Assembly (NCBI GenBank): GCA_002269645.1
Contig: NIVC01003912.1
Coordinates: 1 to 64,000, forward strand
DNA from: Macrostomum lignano
Lineage: Eukaryota
Length of the DNA: 64,000 bases
Direction of reading: 5' to 3'
Shown: piece after piece, positions 11,200-23,100 of the stretch
How positions within the stretch are numbered: the stretch's first letter is position 1
Layout: each line of letters opens with the position of its first letter
The notes under the pieces: generated by a model
The model's input: the letters and a program-made list of their open reading frames with translations, nothing else
The model's database searches: none
What the model was told of the DNA's origin: nothing
Made by a program: the position numbers and the translations under genes

Positions 11200-13810
11200 A
11201 CCCCACTGAATCCCACATCCAAAGAATCCCTCATCCAAAAAATCCCCCATCTATAAAATCTCTGATGCAAAGAATCTCACATGCAAAGAATTCACTATCC
11301 AAAGAATCCGCCATCTAAAGAACCTCCATCGATAGAATCCACTCAATTCCCCACTCCACACAATCCACACAATTCCCCACTAAAGGAATCCTCCTATCTG
11401 AAGAATTCCCCATCCAATGAATCGCCCATCCATAGAATCTCACATGCAAAGAATCCTATATCCAAAGAATCCTCCATTCAAAGAGCCCCCCATTGATAGA
11501 ATCCTGATTCGAAGAATCCCCATCCAATGAATTTCCTATCCAAGGAATCCGCCATACACAGAATCCCCATCCAAAGAATCTCAAATCCATCCCTATCCAA
11601 AGAATCCCCATCTAAATAATCGACATCCAAATAATCCCCATCCACAAAATCCCCATCTAAATAATCCAAAGATTCTGAAATCCAAATCATCCCTTATCTA
11701 AAAAATCATTGACAAAATAATCCCCTCATCTAAAGAACCCCCGTCCAAATAATCCCAATCCAAAGAATCCAAAGAATCCCCCTCCAGAAAACCCCCCTCT
11801 AAAGAATCCACATCCAAATAATCCCCATTAACATAAACCCCATCCAAAGAATCCAAAGAACCCCCCATCCAAAGAATCCAAAGAATCTCCCATCCAAATA
11901 GAATCCTTGGCCAAAGAATCCCCTCATCTACAGAACACCCATCCAAATAACCCCCATCTAAAGAATCCCCTCATGCAAATAATCTCCGTCCAAACAATCC
12001 AAATCCAATCCAATCCAAAAGATCCCTTTATCGGAAGAACCCTTCATCGAAAGAATCCCCCATCGAAAGAAGTTCCCAATGAATCATTCTTACCAAGCCT
12101 TGAAATCTCAGTAATTCCCCTCCCCAAGACTTGACATCTCAAAAATTACCCTTAAGCCTTGACATCTCAGTAATTACCCCCCCCCTAAGACTTGACATCT
12201 TAGCAATTTCTCCCCGTCTCAAGTCTTGACATCTCAGAAATTCCCCCCACGCCTTGACATCTCAGAAATTCCCCCAGTAAGCCTTTATATCTCAGTAATT
12301 TCCGAAGTAAGTCTTGCCATCTCAGCAATTCCCCTCTGTAAGACTTGACATCTAAGGAATTTCCCATTAAGCAATGACATCTCAGTAATTCACCCAGTAA
12401 GTCTTTATATCTCAGTAATTCCCCCTAGTAAATCTTGACATCTTAGCAATTTCTCCTAGTCAAAAGCGTTGACATCTCAGCAATCCCCCCCCCCTAAGAC
12501 TTGACCTCCACAGAATCTCCGTTCAAAGAATCCCTCATCCAAAGAACCCCCCATCCATCCCTATCCAAAGAACCCCAGATCCATCCCTATCCAAAGAACC
12601 CCCATCCATCCCTATTCAAAGAATCCCCCATCCACCCCTATCCAAAGAATCCCCCTCTTAAGAATCTCCCATTCAAATAATCCCCCATCAAAAGAATCAT
12701 TGGCCAAAGAATCCCCTCATCTAAAGAACCACCGTCGAAATACTCCCCATCCAAAGAATCCCCTCATAAAGAATCCCCCCAAATAATCTCATATCCAAAG
12801 GATCACTCTATAGAAAGAAGCCTTCAGCTAAAGAATCCCCCATTCAAAGAACCTTTCATCGATTTAGTAATCCCCCAACGAAGGAATTCCCCAATGAATC
12901 ACTATCCAAAGATATATATTAGAAGCACCCTCCCTCATTCAAAGAATCCCCAATCCATAGAATTCCCCCAAAGACATGACATCTCAGCAATTCGCCCTCA
13001 GGACTTGAAATCTCTGCAATTCCCTTCCCTAAGATTTTGACATCTCAGAAATTCCCCCAAGCCTTCACATCTCAGCAATTCCCCCCTGAGACTTGATATC
13101 TCACAGATTTCCCCCTTCTAAGACTTGACATCTCAGGAATTTCCCCACCAAGCATTGACATCTCGGAAATTCCCCCAAGCCTTCACATCTCAGCAATTCG
13201 CCCTCAAGCCTTGGCATCTCAGTAATTCCCCCCAAGCCTTGAAATCTCAGCAATTCCGTCTTACGTCTTGACATCTCGGCAAGTCCCTCTAAGCATTTGA
13301 CATCTCAGCAATTCCCCCCCTAAGACTTGACATCTCAGGAATTTCCCCACCAAGCCTTGGCATCTCAGCAAGTCCCTCTTAAGCCTTGGCATCTCAGCAA
13401 GTCCCTCTTAAGCCTTGGCATCTCAGCAAGTCCCTCTTAAGCCTTGGCATCTCAGCAAGTCCCTCTTAAGCCTTGACATCTCAGCAAGTCCCTCTTAAGC
13501 CTTGGCATCTCAGCAAGTCCCTCTTTAGCCTTGGCATCTCAGCAATTCTCCCCCCCCCAAGACTTGACATCTCAGGAATTTCCCCACCAAGACTTGACAT
13601 CTCAGGAATTTCCCCACCAAGCCTTGGCATCTCAGCAAGTCCCTGTTAAGCCTTGCCATCTCAGCAATTCCCTCCCCCCTCTAAGCCTTGACATCTCAGC
13701 AATTCCCTCCCCCTCTAAGCCTTGACATCTCAGCAATTCCCTCCCCCCTCTAAGACTTGACATCTCAGGAATTTCCCCACTAAGCCTTGACATCTCAGTG
13801 ATTCCCCCAG
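11200..13810. repeat. Composite degenerate satellite inside the Helitron: alternating blocks of type A (AAGAATCCCCATCC-like) and type B (~29-31 bp, GCCTTGACATCTCAGCAATTCCC)
   Basis: Type A occupies about 11200-12100 and 12500-12970; type B occupies about 12110-12500 and 12975-13810. A homogeneous 29-bp run AAGCCTTGGCATCTCAGCAAGTCCCTCTT lies at about 13360-13530. Confidence 0.9.
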
Positions 13811-14109
13811 TTAGCAATCTCCCCGAGCAAGCATTCCCAAAAGCAAGCGTCCTTCCGATAGCAAGCATTCCCTGATAGAAAGTACCCCCAGCAAGATTGT
13901 GAAACAATTTCGTCAGCTATTACAATAATTAATTTCTTATCTATTGGAATAGTCCTTTTTAAAACTTTTCAAAATTTAAAGTTGAATAAAATTTTTGATT
14001 ATACTACATGAACGCTCGTAGCTTCTTCTCTTTTACCTGATTTACTTGACATTTTTAAGATTCCTTTAGCTTTCTTGAAATTAATTTTTTTAATAAAAAA
14101 CTTCAACAC

Positions 14110-14172
14110 TCTAAAAATTCGAACCCACGTCGCTGCATTAGCAGTTCAGTCTGTTTACCTCTAGGCTAGCTC
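14110..14172 (-). other. tRNA-derived (tRNA-Ser-like) SINE-head remnant
   Basis: The minus strand reads TAGCCTAGAGGTAAA...AACTGCTAAT...ACGTGGGTTCGAAT, with A-box-like and B-box (GGTTCGAAT) motifs and a CTGCTAAT anticodon-loop-like motif. No intact cloverleaf or acceptor stem. Confidence 0.42.
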
Positions 14173-15490
14173 TCATCGTTTTGATAACATGAATTGTAGC
14201 ACTTATATATTTCAACACTTTGAAAACTCCCAGCATAGAGTAGAAATCACTCGAAGCAGTTACGACGTAATCAATTTCTCAGGCAGTCAATATCAGTTTC
14301 AATTAATAAAGTCAACAATTAAAGTCAACAATATGGTTACGCAATCTAAATTTAGATCTAATGGCGCTGGCTTGAATAGTGGAGTTGCGATAAATAGGGG
14401 TTTGCGATATGAGAGAGCGTACAATGAGAATATAGAGTAAAAAGTATAGAAATTTCTTTTTTATGCTGTGCTTTTAATTTTTCAAATCTCAGCAAACAGA
14501 TTATATTCTCGAACTCAGCGTTTCTAGCTCTTTCCAGCAATACAAGGCTCTCTTCTGAAAGTGAAAAACTCGAAGCACAAACAACGGTTTGATATTCCTG
14601 CTTTAAAGCAGTCAAATTCATAAAGGTGTACATTCAGCGCCAGCTACAGTGAGAGGCCTGCAGTTGATGCATTGAAATTCACAACCAAGCCAATGCCCGG
14701 GACTCATTGAATGGCAATACCCGCCCCTCAATTCAATAACTAAAAGGTGTTGCGCAACCTTTCAACGCTTATAGCTCTCTACGCCAGTGTAGAGAACCAA
14801 TGCTATAGTTGGCACTGAGTTATGATGCAATACAATTCCATCGGCAGTCAGAATGCTTCTCAATTGGAAAGAACTGTTTGAACTTAAAAATGCGGGGCAA
14901 AAATCGAGTTTTTCGAATATTTAAGCCCGAAAAAATGAAGCAATTTCTTAGCAAAATTTCGTGTACCAGCGCGCCATCAATACGCATCGAATGCAGAAAA
15001 CCCCGCGAAATTCCGACCATGTAGAGCCAAGTTACACGAAGGTTCCTATAGGTACATAGTTTTGATTTTTAGTATATTGGAATGGAAGTTTTGATTTTTA
15101 GTATATTTATTTTAGTATATTGGAAGCATCCAGAATTTTCATTATACCCCCCCTTAATTGGTTACGCAAGTTAAATAGAGTAATTATCTGGGCAGTGGGG
15201 CAAAGTGAATTTTCTTATCAGTTGGCTCTGGCGCAATCATTAAAATTGGCTGTGAAGTTTCTCGCTGCGCGCAGGCTGATAAAAAAATACACTAAAAAGG
15301 CCATTTAAAACAGTTTTTCGAATATTTAATCCCCTTAGCATTGAGCTAGAGCTTAATAAAATTACATGTACCGTCCCGGGCACATTTGACATCTTTTGGC
15401 GAAGAAACGGAGAAAATCGGTTGAGCCTTTTGGGAGATAACCTGTTACATACCCACAGACAGACAGGGCCGGTGGAGGGGGGGTTGCTAC

Positions 15491-15545
15491 TTTAGATAGA
15501 TTAGATAGATTAGATTAGATTAGAAGATTAGAAGATTAGATTAGA
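15491..15545. repeat. (TTAGA)n/(TAGA)n microsatellite at the Helitron 5' terminus
   Basis: TTTAGATAGATTAGATAGATTAGATTAGATTAGAAGATTAGAAGATTAGATTAGA is directly visible. Confidence 0.9.
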
Positions 15546-16200
15546 TATCCCCCTGTGTCCATCAGCAGCCCCCAATATCCCCCTGTGTCCATCAGTAACC
15601 CCCAAAATCCCCCTGTGTCCATCAGTAGCCCCCAATATCCCCCTGTGTCCATCAGTAGCCCCCAATATCCCCCTGTGTCCATCAGCAGCCCCAATATCCC
15701 CTGTGTCCATCGTAGCCCCCAATATCCCCCTGTGTCCATCAGTAGCCCCCAATATCCCCCTGTGTCCATCAGCAGCCCCCAATATCCCCCTGTGTCCATC
15801 AGTAGCCCCCAATATCCCCCTGTGTCCATCAGTAACCCCCAAAATCCCCCTGTGTCCATCAGTAGCCCCCAATATCCCCCTGTGTCCATCTGTAGCCCCC
15901 AATATCCCACTGTGTCCATCAGCAGCCCCCAATATCCCCCTGTGTCCATCAGTAACCCCCAAAATCCCCCTGTGTCCATCAGTAACCCCCAATATCCCCC
16001 TGTGTCCATCAGTAACCCCCAAAATCCCCCTGTGTCCATCAGTAACCCCCAATATCCCCCTGTGTCCATCAGTAACCCCCAATATCCCCCTGTGTCCATC
16101 AGTAACCCCCAAAATCCCCCTGTGTCCATCAGTAACCCCCAATATCCCCCTGTGTCCATCAGCAGCCCCAATATCCCCACTGTGTCCATCAGCATCCCAA
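15546..16200. repeat. Same 29-bp minisatellite, right part
   Basis: Resumes exactly in register (TATCCCCC...) at 15546 and runs for about 22 units, ending about 18 nt before the M6PR acceptor. Confidence 0.97.
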
Positions 16201-16218
16201 GCCGCAATTGATTTCCAG

Positions 16219-16525
16219 ACGCCTGTGCAGCCTGGAGCAGCCGCAGGGCGGCCTGCCTGCCTCGGCTATCGCGCTGATTGTTTTGCTCAGCCTGTTCATC
16301 TCCTACCTGCTGATTGGCGCCGCAATTCAACGATTCGTATTCAAGCGTCGCGGACTCGAATCCATTCCGAACTACACCGTTTGGCGAAGATTCGGCGACT
16401 GTCTGGCCGACGGTTGCGACTTCGTGTGCCGCAGCGGCGGCGGAGGCGGCGACAGCAGCAACGGACGCTACCAGCAGGTGGGCGGCCTGTCAGATGAGGA
16501 CGATGAGCACCTGATTTCCGGTTAG
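16219..16525 (+). CDS. M6PR: CD-M6PR-like terminal exon: TM helix and cytoplasmic tail
   Basis: Acceptor tttccag| at 16218 is phase-compatible with the 9888 donor (AG+A = Arg). Translation: RLCSLEQPQGGLPASAIALIVLLSLFISYLLIGAAIQRFVFKRRGLESIPNYTVWRRFGDCLADGCDFVCRS...YQQV...DEDDEHLISG*. It has the hallmark ADGCDFVCRS and an acidic-cluster dileucine-like end. Confidence 0.93.
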
Positions 16526-16761
16526 GAAGTAGCGATACGGTGACCTGATGGCGACATGATCGGTTTCATTTAAAATTGTATTCAGTGCCAAAACTGTCAC
16601 ATCCCCGTCATCTGTATCACTATTAATATGCCATTCATTTACAGAGATGATATCTATAAATATTCTGTGTTTTATTATCTCAAGTAGGTTCAATTTAATA
16701 GAATTTCTTTGCTGAACGGTATTCATAGTACCTTTCTTTGCTATGGGCAGATACCTACAAT

Positions 16762-17183
16762 AACTAGATGGGCCACTCAGGCATATATGCTTAGTAAGAC
16801 AGCTGTCTACTTTCAGTTCAGTAGCAAAGAAGTATACATAATCTATTTTATTAAAAAAGGAAGCTGAAGTGCCTTTGATAAGTTTGAGAAGCCCAAGCTT
16901 GCAGGCGTTTACAACTTGCTAATTGGTTCAGCAATAATGTACATTGGCCAGTCCACTGAAATGTGCATGGCAGCTTTAGGCGGGAGTTCCGAGAAAGGCA
17001 ATAAAATTAGGGTGGGGCGGGTGGGGTAGTGTGGAAAGGCGCGGTTGGAGGGTTTAAGCTGGGGGGGGGTTAAGAGCCAATAAATAAGCCTTGGCTTTAA
17101 AAATACATTAAAATGCTTCTGTTTAACTTGCTACTGAACTGAAAGTAGCTTACACGCAAATGTGCTGAGTGGCCCATCTAGTT
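16762..17183. mobile_element. Non-autonomous element with perfect 19-bp terminal inverted repeats (422 bp)
   Basis: AACTAGATGGGCCACTCAG (16762-16780) / CTGAGTGGCCCATCTAGTT (17165-17183). Non-coding interior, A/T-rich flanks, no clear TSD. Confidence 0.72.
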
Positions 17184-17719
17184 TTTCTAGTATCTGTGGC
17201 TAAGGGTCAAAATTTTCCAGATTGTTAATATTGGGAAGAGTTAAGATGAAAGTCTGGCTTTTCATAATTGCAACGGAAAATCTCAGAAATGTCCAACTAA
17301 TCTCTGCTATTGAATAGTTATTTGATGATTGATTTCCCAAATATGCTGCGTTCGCTTGTACATGCAGCTAAAAATAGTATGAATTGTTTCTCCAGGATTT
17401 CATTTTATCACTCTTTTGTATCCAAGGTTTGCCCTATTGGGCCCATTGATTCCCGAGTCAATCTTTCTTATATCCACCGCTCTTTTAAACAAACAACAAG
17501 ATATGTTCTAATGCTATTAGAACATTTGCTGTCCTGTTCCTATCACTTTGTTAAGCCTATAAATATACAGATGTGCGCTCTTGACCAGTGAATCTGCTTT
17601 TAATTGCTTGTGCTAGAAAGAAAAAAATACTATAATGTCATTCATAATTTATTCTTTATTTTTATAGCAATACGTTACTTTTATTTATTTAGTGCGTTGT
17701 AGTTCTTACGCGTCACTTC

Positions 17720-18400
17720 CACATCCGTCAAGTTCTCATGCGTGACCTCAACATGTGCCCAGTTCTCATGCGCGACCTCACAGTGTGCCCAGTTCTCATG
17801 CACGACCTCACAGTGCGCCCAGTTCTCATGCGTGACCTCACAGTGTGCCCAGTTCTCATGCACGACCTCACAGTGTGCCCAGTTCTCATGCGTGACCTCA
17901 CAGTGTGCCCAGTTCTCATGCACGACCTCACAGTGTGCCCAGTTCTCATGCACGACCTCACAGTGTGCCCAGTTCTCATGCGCGACCTCACAGTGTGCCC
18001 AGTTCTCATGCACGACCTCACAGTGCGCCCAGTTCTCATGCGTGACCTCACAGTGTGCCCAGTTCTCATGCACGACCTCACAGTGTGCCCAGTTCTCATG
18101 CGTGACCTCACAGTGTGCCCAGTTCTCATGCACGACCTCACAGTGTGCCCAGTTCTCATGCACGACCTCACAGTGTGCCCAGTTCTCATGCGCGACCTCA
18201 CAGTGTGCCCAGTTCTCATGCACGACCTCACAGTGTGCCCAGTTCTCATGCACGACCTCACAGTGTGCCCAGTTCTCATGCGTGACCTCAACATGTGCCC
18301 AGTTCTCATGCGTGACCTCAACATGTGCCCAGTTCTCTTGCATGACGTCACTATGTTCACAGTTCTCATGCGGGACCTCCAGACCACATCCGTTATTTCT
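17720..18400. repeat. 30-bp minisatellite AGTTCTCATGC(A/G)(C/T)GACCTCACAGTG(T/C)GCCC, about 22 copies with degenerate edges
   Basis: Exact 30-nt periodicity; the 60-nt lines repeat. The ORFs in all frames are repeat translations. Confidence 0.97.
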
Positions 18401-19017
18401 CAAGCATGAACTCTGCATCCTACATGTAGTTCTCGTGCGTGGTTTATGCATTCCTTCATATCTGGGTGACCCCAGCACATCCTAGTTCTCAAGCATGAAC
18501 GTAGCTGTTTTCGTTCTCCTTTTTCTGACATCCTCTAAGCAAATTGGTCATTTGAAAAAGTATTGAACCATCATTAAACTATTTCTGGGTTACAATTAAC
18601 GTTGATAACCGTCCGCCCTTTTTTAATCCGTAATTGTGACATGCACATGCACACAATATTATTTGTTAGTAGATATGTTGACATAACATAACAGGACATT
18701 TAAGCAAAAGAAGTACAGAGGAAACTAATTCAACTAGCTATGAGATTTTCATAACGAAACTGTAAACACGAAGTTTGAATCGATTTTGGTAAAAAGTTGA
18801 GTTTGCCGATCATGTGCCAGTTCGTGACCATTCAATAGCCTAAAAGCAAATCAAAAAGTTGCTTTTCTGTCGCCCGAATGTCAAGCTCTGACGCACTCTG
18901 TCTATAGGCTTGTTACAGTTCGTTGGAAGGAATGGAAGCTTTAGACATGCAATTGTCTTTCGGCAATTACATGTATGTAAGTCTAGTAAAGGTAGATATA
19001 TCTAGCTCGGCAGTATT

Positions 19018-19140
19018 GTAAAGCTAGATAAGTCTCCTGCAGTATGTAAAGCTAGATAAGTCTCCTGCAGTATGTAAAGCTAGATAAGTCTCCTGCAGTA
19101 TGTAAAGCTAGATAAGTCTCCTGCAGTATGTAAAGCTAGA
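19018..19140. repeat. 28-bp tandem repeat TAAAGCTAGATAAGTCTCCTGCAGTATG, about 4.4 perfect copies
   Basis: Directly visible, period 28. Confidence 0.95.
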
Positions 19141-20175
19141 CAAATTAGACGTTCGCGAGCCTAAATCGTGGCTAATTTTGCAACTCAGCTGGCGTCTCTC
19201 AAACAGCATAGATAACAAAACCAGAAAGCGAGTCAAAATCGATAAACAGTAAATTTTCAGTCGTCTCAAAAATTTTTATTTGAATTAAAAATGTGTCCGC
19301 GTGAGAAAATTCTGAGCTGGTTGCACCTGCATACAGGCTTAGCATGATAGCTGATGTAGTCCTCAAAGAGAGGGCACATCGTCCAAAATATTGCTGCTAA
19401 TTGACAGACACGAGCAATGAGCAATCAAAAAGCGAGGTGTTTGGCTGTTGGGGTAGCCAGACACATTTGGGTACAGAAAACGGAGCTGTCCCATCCGAGA
19501 GAGAAAAAGCGCTAAAAATGCTGAGGAGAACTCTCATTGTTCGATCCTACCTTCACTTACCACATGCTGCGCTTAGTGACTCCTTTGAATAGAAACCTAC
19601 TGGATAGTATTTACTAGGCTTGAAATGGCGATTTGGCATGACAATTGCAAAAATGCATGGCTGCATGCTTACCCAAGTGGAGCGCGTGATCTTTCTTGAC
19701 ATGACAAGCTTCCTCAGTTGCAGTTTCTTGATCAGGTTTTGCATGCACTCAAGCGTCAATTACAGCTGCAATGAATCTCATGTTGTACGTTTACCATATT
19801 CTGGTTTTGCACATGCAATCATCTTTTAGTATAGGAACACCAAAAGGACGTGTTACACTTTTAGAATGCAAAGCTGCAAAATTGTATAAAAATTATTAAA
19901 GGCCCTAATTTTGACTTCAAAGGCAAATGTGAGCATACGAGTATTCTTCGCTATATAGATACCATGGCTCAAGGGGGAGTTTCTAAAATGCCAAGGCTCG
20001 AAGAGGGGATGCTGATATCTTATTTTGCTAAAGCTTGATATCAGGGTACTTGCGTTATGCATTAAACATCAAAATTTCACGAAACCAGCGATAGTGACTG
20101 GGCCATGCAGGCTTTTACGTGCGAAGTTTCTCAAAAATATTTTTGTCTTGCCTTCCCAACAGGGAGCTGACGTCG

Positions 20176-23100
20176 CTAGTACGAATATAAAGGAGTTAAA
20201 CAGTACAGAAGTATCAATAATTTTGTGATATTGAGAAAAAATACTGACATCTGGGAAAGTGACTCTCTGAACCCACCTTGACCAGAAGCGGTCCCATTCC
20301 ACTGCTGGCAGTCCTCGGCAAAGCTCCACTGCGGACCGCTGAGGCAAACCGCGCTCGCAGCCTCTGCGCCCAGGCTGGCGAATCGATAACCTGTCGGGCA
20401 GCGCAACTCGACTCGCCTGCCGACTGCATGACGCACGGACTTCGACAGCGGATCCAGCAGAGCGCTGCCGTTTTTGGCTATTCCGTTGACGCTGGCGATG
20501 GTCAAGTTGGACAGCGGATGGCACGGAAGCTCCTGGCAGCTGGGCACGCGGTTCGATTCGCTGCCGCTGTGAGAGGAAGCATCAAGCACCTGCCAGGTGC
20601 CGTTTAGACAGCGCATCGTTGCTGCCGTGGACGAGAACTCGGCGCTAGTGTTGACCCAGCTATCACTGTGGAGGTACGCTTGGGTCCCACCAGAGCCAGG
20701 CCTGCTGCAGTTCACGGCTGCGAGAGACCCGTTGCCTACCAGGGACACGTTGGCCGCCTGGAACACTTCGGCCTCGAAAGTCACCGAGCCGTTGTGGAAA
20801 GCGTCAAGCAGAATTTGGCTGGAGCAATGCTCTGCAAAGTGCGTTTGCCAGTTTTTGCTTGTCTGCTAAGGGGGCCAGATGTGGGGATGACTTAGATCAT
20901 ACGATTCCATATTGACGCTTGTAAGTACATGCGAGAACACTGGAAGGGTGGGGCAGGGCGCGAGAAAAAAGGGCACGATGGTACAACAGTAGCATGTAAC
21001 GCACTACCCTGGGGGAGAAACTGAGACACACAGTATCTGGATCTGTTTATTTTGTAACCGCTCACCACGCTACCACTGCGTGCAATACAATGGTGTGTGT
21101 TTTTCTGAAGCTGTTATTTACAAAGGCATGCTATACCGAAAAATTAATGCTTGAAAAACAGTGGATTTTCATCTGAGAGGTCACGAGCCAGAGTCATAAG
21201 AGTCATCACTAAGCAAAATATTTCCGCAGCGATTTAGGGCCGCCAGCGAGATTTTAGCGTTACTGGCTTTTTTGTTGACAATTTTAACAAGTTTAAATTC
21301 AAAACTTTATTGATCCGCCGAACCCTTGGCTACGCCACTGCTGAAAAATGTTTTCGCTCAAAAGAGGGAAGAGCAGCTTAACTGCAAGCGGACTAAACCA
21401 GAACCGCACCAAAACCAGATCTACGAAGCCAGATGATTGTAAATCCGGACTAAGAATAATCGGCCAATGTGTTCAGTCTAAGCAAGCCATATTTATCAAG
21501 CCATGTTGCAGAAAGAACACAGCTTGCTGGTGTCTCACCGGGACAAATGATATCCTGCCAGTTCCGGGCTAGGGAGCCGGACCAACCGGCTATGCCTGGG
21601 CCAGCTGTGTCCGTGCAGTTGAACAGCGCCGCAGAGTTTGACTCAATCTCCAGCTGGGCCAGCAGGCTGCTTCGACACGCGTAGCCAACCAGAGTAGCCG
21701 GGGGCTGGCCGGACAGTGCGCTGGGTTCGGCCGAGCCCAGACTGTTGGGAAAGTGCGGCGCCAGACCTCGAGCCGCGATTGCCTCAGTTTCATTTGCCAG
21801 AGGCAGACCCGGGCACAGCTGGGCCTGGCAGTTTGAGGCGAAACTCCAGACTGAGTTGTTCAGACAGGTTGCTGTCTTTTTAGTTTCATTGATGGCTTCG
21901 AAATAGTACATCGGGTGGCACTGCAGCAACATTTCCGCGCCCGGCTCGTGGCGTGTCGCCTTATTGAGGATTTCACTTGACGTCACACTGAACAGGTCAA
22001 GGTTCGTCAAGTTCGTCAGCGGCTCGCAAGGCAGCTTGCGACAGAGCTCGACGCTAGCATTTGCTTTTCGAGCATCTTCTATGTCCCAGCTGCCCTCTTT
22101 GCAATTGACAGTTCCAGCTGACTTGTATGACTTCCCACGAGCTAATGTGAAGTAGTTTCCCGCCCAGCACTGCACTGTGGCTTCGGCTGAGCCCTCGACA
22201 TAGCCTGTACTTGTGATGAGTGAACGGAAGGTTGCGTTTCCTGGACCGACTACACTTGTTAGAGCTGATATTCGGCAGTAGTCTGAAAGAATAGAGTGTT
22301 TTCTGCCTCACCTGATGTTCCAAGATAATCTTACTGCACACATACTCACGTGAACAGCTCAGAGTAGTGAACGATGACGAGGGGTTCACATCCTCCCAGC
22401 TACCCCTGAGGCCATCACGTCCAATCCTGCACTGAAAAGGCCTCCACGTGTTGCTGTCATTCACAACAGACAGAATCTGGCATAGGTAATGCACCTTGGA
22501 GTAGAGTGAAAACCCGGTGGCATTCCAATGCACTGGCAATATTTCACCCTTCTGGCTGAGTTGGAAAGGTGCAGTTAGGTTCATCAACCCGGAAACTGAT
22601 GCATTGAAAGGCAGATTGTCGCACGTGACTGGCTCGCAGATTGCAGTGGCGTTCCACTTCCCGGAAGTCCGGTTGCAGGCAATGGTTGTCTTGTTCGCCA
22701 CCACCGGGCTTCGAATTGTGTGCCCGGGCAGGCAGCTGACGGTGACGAACATCTCCATCGGGTTGCCGATACTCGTTATTGAGGCATTTTCAACAAATAT
22801 GCTTAAATTAGAACAGTTGTGCTGCGGACAGAGTTGCAATCCGTTCATGTCCGGTGCAAAGTCACTCGTCCAGTTGGCATTATTGGAATATACATTGCAA
22901 TTCACTGTCCAGTTGTAACTGACGAAGCTGGGAGACATCGGAATTCCATGCAGCAAACTGGTAGTCCAGTTGCACACCAGAGATGCATGGTTGTTTGGGT
23001 AATGAAATCGGAACCAATGTGACAGCAAATTGGTTGAGTAGGGAGAAAAAAGCACCAAGCCGTTGTCTCCAGAGATGCTGTTTCTGAGGACGGCGTTGCT

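Larger units (their letters stand above)
11127..15545 (-). mobile_element. Non-autonomous Helitron (4419 bp) filled with tandem repeats
   Basis: Removing it restores the satellite unit CCCCAA|TATCC with no TSD. On the minus strand the junctions read A|TC (15545) and CTAG|T (11127). A hairpin AACCCC-CGTT-GGGG(C)TT (11139-11155) lies 8 nt from the CTAG end, and a (TCTAA)n/(TCTA)n microsatellite sits at the 5' end. No Rep/helicase ORF. Confidence 0.87.

Noticed and set aside
14110-14172. Functional tRNA gene
   Set aside because: No pairing acceptor stem, and the T-arm 3' side is lost; kept only as a tRNA-derived remnant.
15491-15545. Possible interstitial telomeric repeat (TTAGA)n
   Set aside because: It is not TTAGGG or TTAGG, it is short and irregular, and it coincides exactly with the Helitron 5' terminus.
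17681-18485. ORFs with (CEVVHENWAH)n and (TSQCAQFSCT)n repeats that look like metal-binding repeat proteins
   Set aside because: The 30-bp unit is a multiple of 3 and stop-free, so four frames are open at once. There is no splice or start context and no unique flanking coding sequence.
19300-20170. Additional small 3' exons of the sushi gene (several AG/GT pairs, for example ATSAPCWEGK...)
   Set aside because: No phase-consistent chain with recognisable domain content could be built; left unresolved.
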